IMG/VR virus record: IMGVR_UViG_3300010399_000004
Coordinates: 23,740 to 87,739 of that record
Origin: a virus
Strand: one strand, 5' to 3'
DNA length: 64,000 nucleotides
Shown here in pieces: positions 54,868 through 63,023 of this stretch. The notes beneath the pieces were generated by a model, which worked only from the letters and a program-made list of their open reading frames with translations, made no database searches and had not been told where the DNA came from. The position numbers and the translations under genes are program-made. Positions within the stretch are counted from its first letter, which is position 1, and each line of letters opens with the position of its first letter.

Positions 54868-55069
54868 ATACTTTACTTTTACTTAGAAAGCCAAGAATTC
54901 ATGTAGGGGTTACATTTTCGGAGAATGGAAATCATATACGTAAATATGAAGAATTTGATAGTAGAGATTCGGCTGCCAAAGGAATACGGGATGCAAGACA
55001 AAGGGGGGGATCGTTTATAGTAGTCTTAGTTCCCTCCGATTCATCATATGATAAAGTTACAAAATCTGT

Positions 55070-56350
55070 ATGAGCCTTGGCCGTCAATTTATTCAAGCGG
55101 TCATAAGGGATTCTACTCCCACGCTGCTTAGGCAGTCCGGGGTGGGATTGTTTCTGGAAGAGGAATTGGCTTTGTATCAATTCGTGGAAATGCATTATCT
55201 TGCACATCACGCATTGCCCGATTCTTCTGTGCTATCGGGGGCCGGGTTTCATTTACCCGCGCTTACCTCCTCGCAGCCTGTATCCTATTTCCTGACCAGA
55301 CTGCGGCAGCGGTTTATATACAATACGGTAGCTGGAAAGTTAACAACTCTTACAACGGCCCTGGCTTCTCAGGATACGGAGGCAATGGTTGATCTTTTGC
55401 GGGGGACGTTATCGGAGATTGGTTCCGCGGCGCATTCTCACTCTGTGGTTTTGATCGGGGATGAAATGGATGGAGTGCTTGATGACTTTGAGATAGCCAG
55501 AACCCACTTCGGTTTGCGGGGAATAACGATGGGTTGGCCTACGCTGGATGCGGCTACGCTGGGAGCTTCTGGGGGGGACTTGATAGTAATAGCCGGCCGG
55601 CCTGGGCTCGGAAAGTCATATGCGCTACAGGAGATGGCATATGCAGCGTGGCTCAACTCTCACCGCCTTCTATTTCTTTCGATGGAAATGGGTAAAAGGC
55701 AGATGAGTATAAGATGGTTGGGAAGACATACAAGATTGAACCCAAAGCTGATACGTTCTGGACAGCTTTCTCCCTGGGGCCGGCAAATGCTGCATGAAGG
55801 CGTTGCGCAGATAAAAGGAGCTACAGGGAGAATGTATTTGGAGAGCGGACAGGATACCCGCAAGGTATCGCAATTGGAGGCACTGGTGTTGCAGTATGGT
55901 CCGGAAGCCCTTTATGTGGATGCTGCTTACCTGATGAGTTCCGAGGGAAAGAAAAAGGGATATGTCAGCAGGTGGGAATCCCTTGCCGAAGTTATTGGAG
56001 AGTTGAAGGCGTTGGCTATCCGATTCAATATTCCTATCTTCATTACGGTTCAGTTTAACAGGAATCAAAAAAACCGCAGTATGCGTGGGGAGCCTGATCT
56101 ATCCGATATTGCAGGGACGGATTCCATTCCGCAGGATGCTTCTATTGTGTTGGGAATTCAGAAACCCCCTGCTCCCCATGCGGATAACAGAAGGATCATG
56201 ACCATGATGAAAAATCGGGAGGGCGATCTATGTCGCTTTCTTTATAGGTATGAATTCCAGCCCGTAAACTTTGAAGAGCTTCCCTGGGAGGCTATGGAAC
56301 CTGATGAAGAAACGGAAGCAGAGGAAGCCGGAACTGCTTGGCAGCAATAA
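55070..56350 (+). CDS. dnaB: Replicative helicase, DnaB family
   Basis: GITMGW..LD, IAGRPGLGKS, SMEM, QFNR, IPQDA, KNREG. Confidence 0.93.
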   Translation: MSLGRQFIQAVIRDSTPTLLRQSGVGLFLEEELALYQFVEMHYLAHHALPDSSVLSGAGFHLPALTSSQPVSYFLTRLRQRFIYNTVAGKLTTLTTALASQDTEAMVDLLRGTLSEIGSAAHSHSVVLIGDEMDGVLDDFEIARTHFGLRGITMGWPTLDAATLGASGGDLIVIAGRPGLGKSYALQEMAYAAWLNSHRLLFLSMEMGKRQMSIRWLGRHTRLNPKLIRSGQLSPWGRQMLHEGVAQIKGATGRMYLESGQDTRKVSQLEALVLQYGPEALYVDAAYLMSSEGKKKGYVSRWESLAEVIGELKALAIRFNIPIFITVQFNRNQKNRSMRGEPDLSDIAGTDSIPQDASIVLGIQKPPAPHADNRRIMTMMKNREGDLCRFLYRYEFQPVNFEELPWEAMEPDEETEAEEAGTAWQQ

Positions 56351-56354
56351 AAAT

Positions 56355-57104
56355 ATGAAACTTTTTTGTGGAGATTGTTTGCAGCAGATGAATCATTTGG
56401 CTCCGAGATCGGTTGATCTTGTATTGAGCGATCTTCCTTACGGGACTACACAGTGTAAATGGGATTCTATAATTCCATTGATTCCACTATGGAAGGGTAT
56501 TTTGCGCATACTAAAGCCTGCGGGGGCGGTCGTATTGACTTCGGCGCAGCCCTTTACTTCTATATTAGTGTGTAGCAATCTTAAAATGTTTCGATATGAT
56601 TGTGTATGGGTAAAGGATAGGGCCACCGGGCATCTCAATGCTGGCAGAAGTCCAATGAGAAGGCATGAAAGCATTCTTGTCTTTGCACATAGAAGAGAGA
56701 AGATAACATTCAATCCTCAGCTTATTGCGGGGGCTGCTTCTACGGCTATAGGAGCATTTCGGGGGTATGGCGGGCATAAAAATAAGGCATCGCAGATTTA
56801 TGGTGTAGCTGGCGGACATAAGAGCAAGCAGTGGAATGCAAAGATAAATCCACACTCGGTGTTATATTTCAATTCTGTCCCTTCCAGACCTATACGACTT
56901 CATCCGACACAGAAACCAGTTGATTTGGCTCGCTATCTGATTAGGACTTACAGTAATAGTGGGGATGTTGTTTTGGATGTTGCTATGGGATCAGGTTCAT
57001 TCGGAGAAGCCGCTCTTCTTGAAGACAGAGGGTTTATTGGGATAGAAAAAGATCAGGCTATATTCGATATAGCTTGCAATCGTTTGAAAACTTTTCAAAA
57101 CTGA
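56355..57104 (+). CDS. DNA amino-methyltransferase, beta class
   Basis: GDCL, DLPYG, HPTQKP, LDVAMGSGS, FIGIE. Confidence 0.92.
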   Translation: MKLFCGDCLQQMNHLAPRSVDLVLSDLPYGTTQCKWDSIIPLIPLWKGILRILKPAGAVVLTSAQPFTSILVCSNLKMFRYDCVWVKDRATGHLNAGRSPMRRHESILVFAHRREKITFNPQLIAGAASTAIGAFRGYGGHKNKASQIYGVAGGHKSKQWNAKINPHSVLYFNSVPSRPIRLHPTQKPVDLARYLIRTYSNSGDVVLDVAMGSGSFGEAALLEDRGFIGIEKDQAIFDIACNRLKTFQN

Positions 57105-57297
57105 GGATGCGGGCAAGATTTTACTTTACAGAGTATCTATTTTGTGTATAATTCCATTATATGAAGACCAAACTTAAGAAAGAACCATTCATCAGTGACC
57201 CTGTTTATGCATTTTTGGCAAGTAAGTGTCCTGCGTTTGCAAGGGACCTTAAACGGGTGCTTGCAAACCAAAAAAAGCGGACTGAAAAAGCAGACTA

Positions 57298-60200
57298 ATG
57301 AGCGTTATATATTCAACGGGTAATCTTAGGAATCCAAAGGTTGTAGTTGTCTGCGATATTCCAACGGTCAAGGCTTATGCCGCGGGCCATGCAATGTCAG
57401 TGGCCTGCATGGATAAGTTCCGGGAGGAAGCGGAGCGGAGTGGATTCGTGAAGGATGACTTTGCATTCGTTATTCCGGCCCCGCCGATGTCAGAGCACGA
57501 TGCAACTTCGGAAGCACGGACTAATGCATTCCTGGATGGCCACCGGCCGCTATTTATGGCTACGCTGAATGGGCTCCTTTCTAAAGGTCCGGCCCTGTTG
57601 ATGTATTGCGGGAAGCACGCGGGGAGGCAGGTAATGGGCAAGACAATCCAGATAACAAAAAAGCGGGGGCAGATTCATAATGAAGAAGGATTCAACATCC
57701 CCGTCCTTCCTATGTTATCGCCGGGGAATGTTCTGCGCCGTCCCGAGGTTGCAGAAACCTTTGAGACGGATTTCCGGCTGGCGGGAGCATTTAAGGAAGC
57801 GGGATGGAGTCTCCGGGGCTACAGCAACAGCAGATTGCGGGGGGAGTATAAATGGTGCCTTGATTTAGAGGAAGAGATTGATTTAGATAATCCTCCCGAA
57901 GCTATAGCTTTGGATGTTGAAACAAAGGGATTGAAGTGGTATGATCCTTCCTTCCGGGTTTTGACTATACAACTTTCCTGGGCTCACGGACAGGGAATCA
58001 TTCTGCCGATAGATATCAATTATTTCAACGATGATTCGTTGCGGGGGGTTTCTACTATCGGTATGCCAAAGATAGGCAGGAGGGACCGGGAACGAATGCT
58101 AAAACAAGTGCGCAGATTATTGGCAGATAAAAGAGTAAAGGTATGCGGCGCGAACCTCAAGTTTGATCTTCATGCATTGAAAAACCTGGATATTGAAGTT
58201 GCTTGTTGGCAGCATGATACTGTTCAATTGGCTTTCGTCTGTGACGATAACATGCAGCAGAAAGCTTTGTCCGAATGCGTTAGGCGATGGATACCCAGCA
58301 TGGCCGGATATAGTGATAATTTTGATAGGGAAATTGACAAGTCCATGATGGATAAAGTTCCTCATGACAAGATGCTCCCATACGCAGCCGGCGATACGGA
58401 CGTAGCGCGGAGGTTGACTTTGATACTTGTAAAGCTGGCAAAAGAGGACCCGCAGAATTATCGCTGCTATACAAGGATTCAGATGCCGGCCCTTCGACAA
58501 TTCTTTAGAATAGAGCGGGAGGGATTATATACCGATCAACCTGATTTGCTGACGCTTGGGAATGTAATTGGAGAACAGATAGAGGAAATCAACAATGCTC
58601 TATTGAATACCGGAAGGTTGAATGAGGATGGAACGGTTCTATATGCTCCTGTGTCAGCCAAAGTAAAAAGGAGGCAATTGGAATTGACCGAAAATAAACT
58701 TGATCCGGAGGATGCTTTGAGTTTTACGCGGGCGGATTTCATTATTGATGTTTTATTCTCCCCAAAGCGGGAAGGGGGTCGGGGGCACGTTCCGGTTGTA
58801 TTCACAGACACGACCGCGGCCCTTGATCCATCGGAACGGGTCCCTTCCACTTCTGCCAAACACCATCTTATCTATTTTGATGAAGACCCATTTGTAGGAG
58901 ACTTAACGGATTTGATCCGTCTCCGTAAGCTGCAATCTACTTATGTAGGATTGCCGGAAGGATATGAATATCGCCCGGTTAAGTTATTGAAGAATGGAAA
59001 GTTTCAGAAAGCTGCGCAGGATATTATAACGGCTAAGGAATTGAATGTAACCTATCAGGAAGCTCCGGGGGGAGAACCGGAAGCGGAGCACATGGCTTTC
59101 GATGTAAAGGAAAACGTGGCTTTCGTTCTTGATCTTCATGGAAGACCGCTATGGAGAGATTACCGCCCCCCTTCTGGATTCTGGCAGCATTTGGCCCCGG
59201 ATTCAAAGATTCACCCTGGATTCTATCTGGACAGAACTGTCACTGGAAGATCCGCTAGTAAAGATCCTAACGGACAGAACATACCAAAGCGCGGTAGGAC
59301 TCCTAGACTTAAAATCTTGGTATCATCATATAGGAAAATATTCAAAGCAAGGCCGGGGTGGATATTGCTGGAAGTGGATTTAAGTCAGGCGGAGCTTAGA
59401 CTAGTTGCATGGATGGCCAGAGAAAGAACTATGCTCAAGGTTTATAAGGATGGGGGGGATATTCATGCTACAACTGCTGCCAATGCATTAAAGATTACTA
59501 TGGCACAGTTCAATGCCTTATCTAAGGATGATCGCTTTATGTATCGCTATCACTCTAAGGCTAGGAACTTTGGTCTATGCATAGCTGAGGGGCAGAGTGT
59601 TCTTACTCAAGTAGGAGAAATACCTATTGAAAAAGTTAAGGATTGGCATTTATTATGGGATGGACAAGAATGGATCAAACACGAAGGAGTCATATTCAAA
59701 GGTTATAAGAAGGTCATTACCTGGGACGGAGTTACTGCTACCCCAGACCATAAAGTCTGGGCAGAGGAAGGGAGGATGCTTTCCCTGCGGGAAGCTTCAT
59801 CCGAAGTATGTCCCCTTGCAAGAACGGCGACGGCAGATGGCATCCCTGTCCGTTGGAACGCTGACTTTAAGACTGAGAACTTTGAAAAGGGAAGGAAGCT
59901 ATTGGGTAATAAATGGAAAATGCAAAGCTTGTGGAAACGTATGGGTGTTGTCTTGCAACAATCTATATTCAGGAAAAACAAAAAATTGTCGTTGTCAGAG
60001 GCACAGGAAATATCCACAGGACGGGAGAGCGGAAACTCTCGGGCAAAGATACGATTCTATGATTCAGCGTTGCAGACGGGATACGCACGTATCGTCTCAC
60101 AATTACAAAGGGAGAGGGATAAAAGTATTGTTCGAGAGCAGAGAGGATTTCATATGGTGGGCATTAAAGAAGTTCCCGGAGACAGATTTCAAGGGGTTGG

Positions 60201-60963
60201 ACTTCGACAGGGAGAACAACGATGGTCATTATTCCAAGGAGAATCTCAGGCTAGTTACTCGGAAGGAAAATCTAGCGAATACACGACCAAGGAAGAAGCG
60301 GGAGCGGTGCGCGTTTACGATATAATTAACGCTGGCCCCAGAAGGCGATTTACATGTCAGGGTAGGTTAGTATCCAATTGTTACGGAATGTGGTGGAAAT
60401 CCTATCGCACATATGCAAGGACTGACTACGGTATTCATATATCAGAATCTCAGGCTAAACAAGAATGGGATGATTTCTTTGAGCTTTACAGCGATCTTCC
60501 CCGGTGGCACACAAAGATGAAAAACATTGCTAAACAGCATGGATTTGTGCGGGCATTGCACGGGGCTTTGCGCCGCCTTCCCGCGATTAATTCTAACGAT
60601 GAAAAGGTGCAGAGGGATGCGGAACGTATGGCAATCAACAGCCCCATCCAGCGCTTTGCTTCGGACCTTGGATTGATGGGAATGAGCATATTTGCAGAGC
60701 ACTGCCCCTGGGAGATTATGCACCCGCTGGGATTCATTCACGACGCCACGGTAATCGAAGCGCGGGAGGAGTATGCAGACGAAGCGATGGGGGCGATGAA
60801 ATGGATTTTGGAAAACCTCCCCCTTCTGGAGTGGTTTGACCTTGACCCCCCGCTTCCGATTCTGGCGGATGTATCCTGTGGCCCATCCCTCGGGGAGTTG
60901 GAGGAACGTCCTGATATTCAGGCAGTTCGGCCGGAGTGGCTGCCGGAAAATTGGAAGGTTTGA
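57298..60963 (+). CDS. polA: Family A DNA polymerase with N-terminal UDG-like domain, 3'-5' exonuclease and intein
   Basis: ALDVET, NLKFD, YAAGD exo; TVTGR.S..PNGQNIP, DLSQAELR, K.RNFG[intein]YG, IHD. Confidence 0.95.
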   Translation: MSVIYSTGNLRNPKVVVVCDIPTVKAYAAGHAMSVACMDKFREEAERSGFVKDDFAFVIPAPPMSEHDATSEARTNAFLDGHRPLFMATLNGLLSKGPALLMYCGKHAGRQVMGKTIQITKKRGQIHNEEGFNIPVLPMLSPGNVLRRPEVAETFETDFRLAGAFKEAGWSLRGYSNSRLRGEYKWCLDLEEEIDLDNPPEAIALDVETKGLKWYDPSFRVLTIQLSWAHGQGIILPIDINYFNDDSLRGVSTIGMPKIGRRDRERMLKQVRRLLADKRVKVCGANLKFDLHALKNLDIEVACWQHDTVQLAFVCDDNMQQKALSECVRRWIPSMAGYSDNFDREIDKSMMDKVPHDKMLPYAAGDTDVARRLTLILVKLAKEDPQNYRCYTRIQMPALRQFFRIEREGLYTDQPDLLTLGNVIGEQIEEINNALLNTGRLNEDGTVLYAPVSAKVKRRQLELTENKLDPEDALSFTRADFIIDVLFSPKREGGRGHVPVVFTDTTAALDPSERVPSTSAKHHLIYFDEDPFVGDLTDLIRLRKLQSTYVGLPEGYEYRPVKLLKNGKFQKAAQDIITAKELNVTYQEAPGGEPEAEHMAFDVKENVAFVLDLHGRPLWRDYRPPSGFWQHLAPDSKIHPGFYLDRTVTGRSASKDPNGQNIPKRGRTPRLKILVSSYRKIFKARPGWILLEVDLSQAELRLVAWMARERTMLKVYKDGGDIHATTAANALKITMAQFNALSKDDRFMYRYHSKARNFGLCIAEGQSVLTQVGEIPIEKVKDWHLLWDGQEWIKHEGVIFKGYKKVITWDGVTATPDHKVWAEEGRMLSLREASSEVCPLARTATADGIPVRWNADFKTENFEKGRKLLGNKWKMQSLWKRMGVVLQQSIFRKNKKLSLSEAQEISTGRESGNSRAKIRFYDSALQTGYARIVSQLQRERDKSIVREQRGFHMVGIKEVPGDRFQGVGLRQGEQRWSLFQGESQASYSEGKSSEYTTKEEAGAVRVYDIINAGPRRRFTCQGRLVSNCYGMWWKSYRTYARTDYGIHISESQAKQEWDDFFELYSDLPRWHTKMKNIAKQHGFVRALHGALRRLPAINSNDEKVQRDAERMAINSPIQRFASDLGLMGMSIFAEHCPWEIMHPLGFIHDATVIEAREEYADEAMGAMKWILENLPLLEWFDLDPPLPILADVSCGPSLGELEERPDIQAVRPEWLPENWKV
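59578..60378 (+). mobile_element. Intein in PolA motif B
   Basis: NFGL/CIAEG...ATPDH...VYDIINAG..VSN/CYG. Confidence 0.9.
59837..60325 (+). CDS. HNH endonuclease in an alternative frame inside the intein
   Basis: CKACG..NNL.SG.TKNCRC, Y.SM.QRC, NYKGRGI.V, DREN.DGHY..EN.R.VT..EN..N. Confidence 0.85.
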   Translation: MASLSVGTLTLRLRTLKREGSYWVINGKCKACGNVWVLSCNNLYSGKTKNCRCQRHRKYPQDGRAETLGQRYDSMIQRCRRDTHVSSHNYKGRGIKVLFESREDFIWWALKKFPETDFKGLDFDRENNDGHYSKENLRLVTRKENLANTRPRKKRERCAFTI

Positions 60964-61237
60964 AAAGATTTCAAAATTTCACTTTACAAAGTATCCCTTT
61001 CGAGTATTCTTGATCCGTAATCCAAATTCAAATGAACACTTCAAAGATTTACAAATTCTGCCGCCACATCGGACCGGGGGGCGTGACTTGCCCTTGCTGC
61101 GCCCTCGGACCCCTCAAGAAGACTAAGACGGCGCTGAATCGCGCTTTCCGCCGCAAGACTCGCCAAGAGCTTCGGGGAGATGATTCCTAATCGCCCATTT
61201 GGGCACAACAAAAACACAAACAGAAAATCAAAATACC

Positions 61238-61675
61238 ATGAGCACTGCTACAACCAAGCCAGCCCGCCGGGCCATCAATACAGACTCCAAACTCAACGTC
61301 CCGGAGGACGTTCTCAATGACGCACGGGAATTTTATCTGGCCAACAAATTGGCCAACGAAGCCTCCCGGAAAGCGGAAGCTGCTCGTGCCCGTCTTTTCA
61401 AAGGCATGAGGGATGCCGGGGTTACATCCTTCGACGTTGGGGCCAATACCGATTCCGGGGCCATCATTCTCCAGGCGGTTATCAAGCCGGGCCGGAGCAC
61501 GACGGTGATTGATGTGGTAAAGCTCCGTAAGGAGTTGAAGGATGACGCCGCATTCCTAAAGGTTGTGTCCGCGACTAAGACTTCCGTGGAAACTCATTGC
61601 GGAACGGCGATGGTTGATTTGTGCGGGTCTGTGGTGCCGGGGGATGAAGCGGTTTACGTCAATCCCAAAAAGTGA
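61238..61675 (+). CDS. Hypothetical protein
   Basis: ORF followed by palindrome and terminator. Confidence 0.65.
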   Translation: MSTATTKPARRAINTDSKLNVPEDVLNDAREFYLANKLANEASRKAEAARARLFKGMRDAGVTSFDVGANTDSGAIILQAVIKPGRSTTVIDVVKLRKELKDDAAFLKVVSATKTSVETHCGTAMVDLCGSVVPGDEAVYVNPKK

Positions 61676-61694
61676 TTTGAAGACTTTTCAAAAC

Positions 61695-61730
61695 GGGGCG
61701 GAGTCTCAACAAGGCTCCGCCCCTTCTTTT
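61695..61730 (+). terminator. Intrinsic terminator
   Basis: GGGGCGGAG/CTCCGCCCC plus TTCTTTT. Confidence 0.8.
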
Positions 61731-61958
61731 CCAATAGCGGGGCTGGAAGATTTCACGAAACGCAGAGAAACACACCCATGAATACCCCCTAACACACCAC
61801 ACCCCACATCCCTTCTTTATGAGCTTTGACATTTATGACATTAACTCGCATACTTCCGCTACTAAGAGGAAGGAACGGTTGCGCAGGGGCCGGAATATCC
61901 TTTTAGCTTTGGCTGTAATGTGGGGCCTGGTCTTCTTAATTGCTTGGCTGATTTTTCG

Positions 61959-62489
61959 ATGAGCGCATGTCTTAAACCATGTAAGAGTTGCCCCTGGCGC
62001 AGAGATAGCCGGGCCGGGGCAATCGCGGGGCCGGAAGGACCTGGGCTTACTCCGTTGGAAGGAGATACGTGGACAGGAATGGTAGCTCAGGCCCACGCCG
62101 CCTTTTGGCTCCCATGTCACTCCCGCATGGACCCCGATAAGGGCAAAGATCAGGACCCTGAAAAAGTAACCCCTTGTGTGGGGGCGGGGATTTACCGCAC
62201 GCATATAAACAGGGACCCGCGGCTGGCCAACGATAAATGCCCTCATTATCCGGCCAATAAGGAATTGGTATTCTCGGACCCTGTTGAATTTCTGATGCAC
62301 CATGCAGGTATGATAAAGGAGTGTGCGCAGAAAGAAACCAGTCCAATGAGGATGAGGCTATATATCGAAGCCGAGTTTCGCCGGGCTCAGGGAAAATTGA
62401 TAGCCGTGGACAGGGTTACTGGTAAGGTTTTGGAACTTGGCAGGGATATGAGTGAGGAGCTTTTGAAATCTTTTCAAAATGGCCAGTAA
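61959..62489 (+). CDS. PCxxCPW protein (DUF6283-like)
   Basis: PCKSCPWRR, PCH, C.GA. Confidence 0.6.
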   Translation: MSACLKPCKSCPWRRDSRAGAIAGPEGPGLTPLEGDTWTGMVAQAHAAFWLPCHSRMDPDKGKDQDPEKVTPCVGAGIYRTHINRDPRLANDKCPHYPANKELVFSDPVEFLMHHAGMIKECAQKETSPMRMRLYIEAEFRRAQGKLIAVDRVTGKVLELGRDMSEELLKSFQNGQ

Positions 62490-62793
62490 ATCACAGCGCA
62501 GGGCAAGATGCAGGGAGCGGCGGAAACGTTACTTTAAAAGGGGACATGTTCCGAATGGATGGGGCAGGAGAATACAGATTGCTCGTAATAGGGATTGGTT
62601 TTATGAGCGTAAGGAATCTCTTGAAGGGAGGCATTGGCCGATGGTCGCCCGCCTTCACCGGAGACATACGCAGTGCATCAATCATATTTTGCGTTTGAGC
62701 ATATTAGAGGAACGTATGCGGTGTCGAAAAGATGGAAGTTCTGAGAGATGGCTTGATTATTGGAATTGGAAACTACAGCATAAAAATGACTGA
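62479..62793 (+). CDS. Basic hypothetical protein
   Basis: ORF. Confidence 0.5.
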   Translation: MASKSQRRARCRERRKRYFKRGHVPNGWGRRIQIARNRDWFYERKESLEGRHWPMVARLHRRHTQCINHILRLSILEERMRCRKDGSSERWLDYWNWKLQHKND

Positions 62794-62798
62794 CTAAC

Positions 62799-63023
62799 AT
62801 GAGTATTCCTAGATTCAAACCGATGGCGGAAATAATTGACGAGTTACAACCATCTGATACGGTTCTTGCGGCTTGGTTATGGATGAGCAGAAATACAATA
62901 GTCAATCCGGAAGGAGCTAGAGATTGCGCAAAGACGATATGTCCTAATATGGAGACTGAGGAGGATATCCGCGCTTTGATGGCAACGGAGTCGAAGATAA
63001 GGGAGATTGATTCCGATGAATGA
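62799..63023 (+). CDS. Hypothetical protein
   Basis: ORF. Confidence 0.55.
   Translation: MSIPRFKPMAEIIDELQPSDTVLAAWLWMSRNTIVNPEGARDCAKTICPNMETEEDIRALMATESKIREIDSDE

Larger units (their letters stand above)
553..62478. repeat. Dispersed 17-bp palindrome TTTGAAAASTTTTCAAA, about 31 copies (span = first to last copy)
   Basis: Exact copies start at 553, 822, 3201, 4137, 5369, 7906, 11274, 15489, 16958, 21055, 23681, 26445, 28947, 29955, 35875, 40818, 45100, 46360, 48510, 52062, 52680, 54046, 57083; one-mismatch copies at 19860, 29397, 44161, 47375, 49699, 60959, 61676, 62462. Confidence 0.97.

Noticed and set aside
553-62478. CRISPR array or IS ends made of the palindrome
   Set aside because: Copies are kilobases apart, irregular, partly inside genes; no cas or transposase genes
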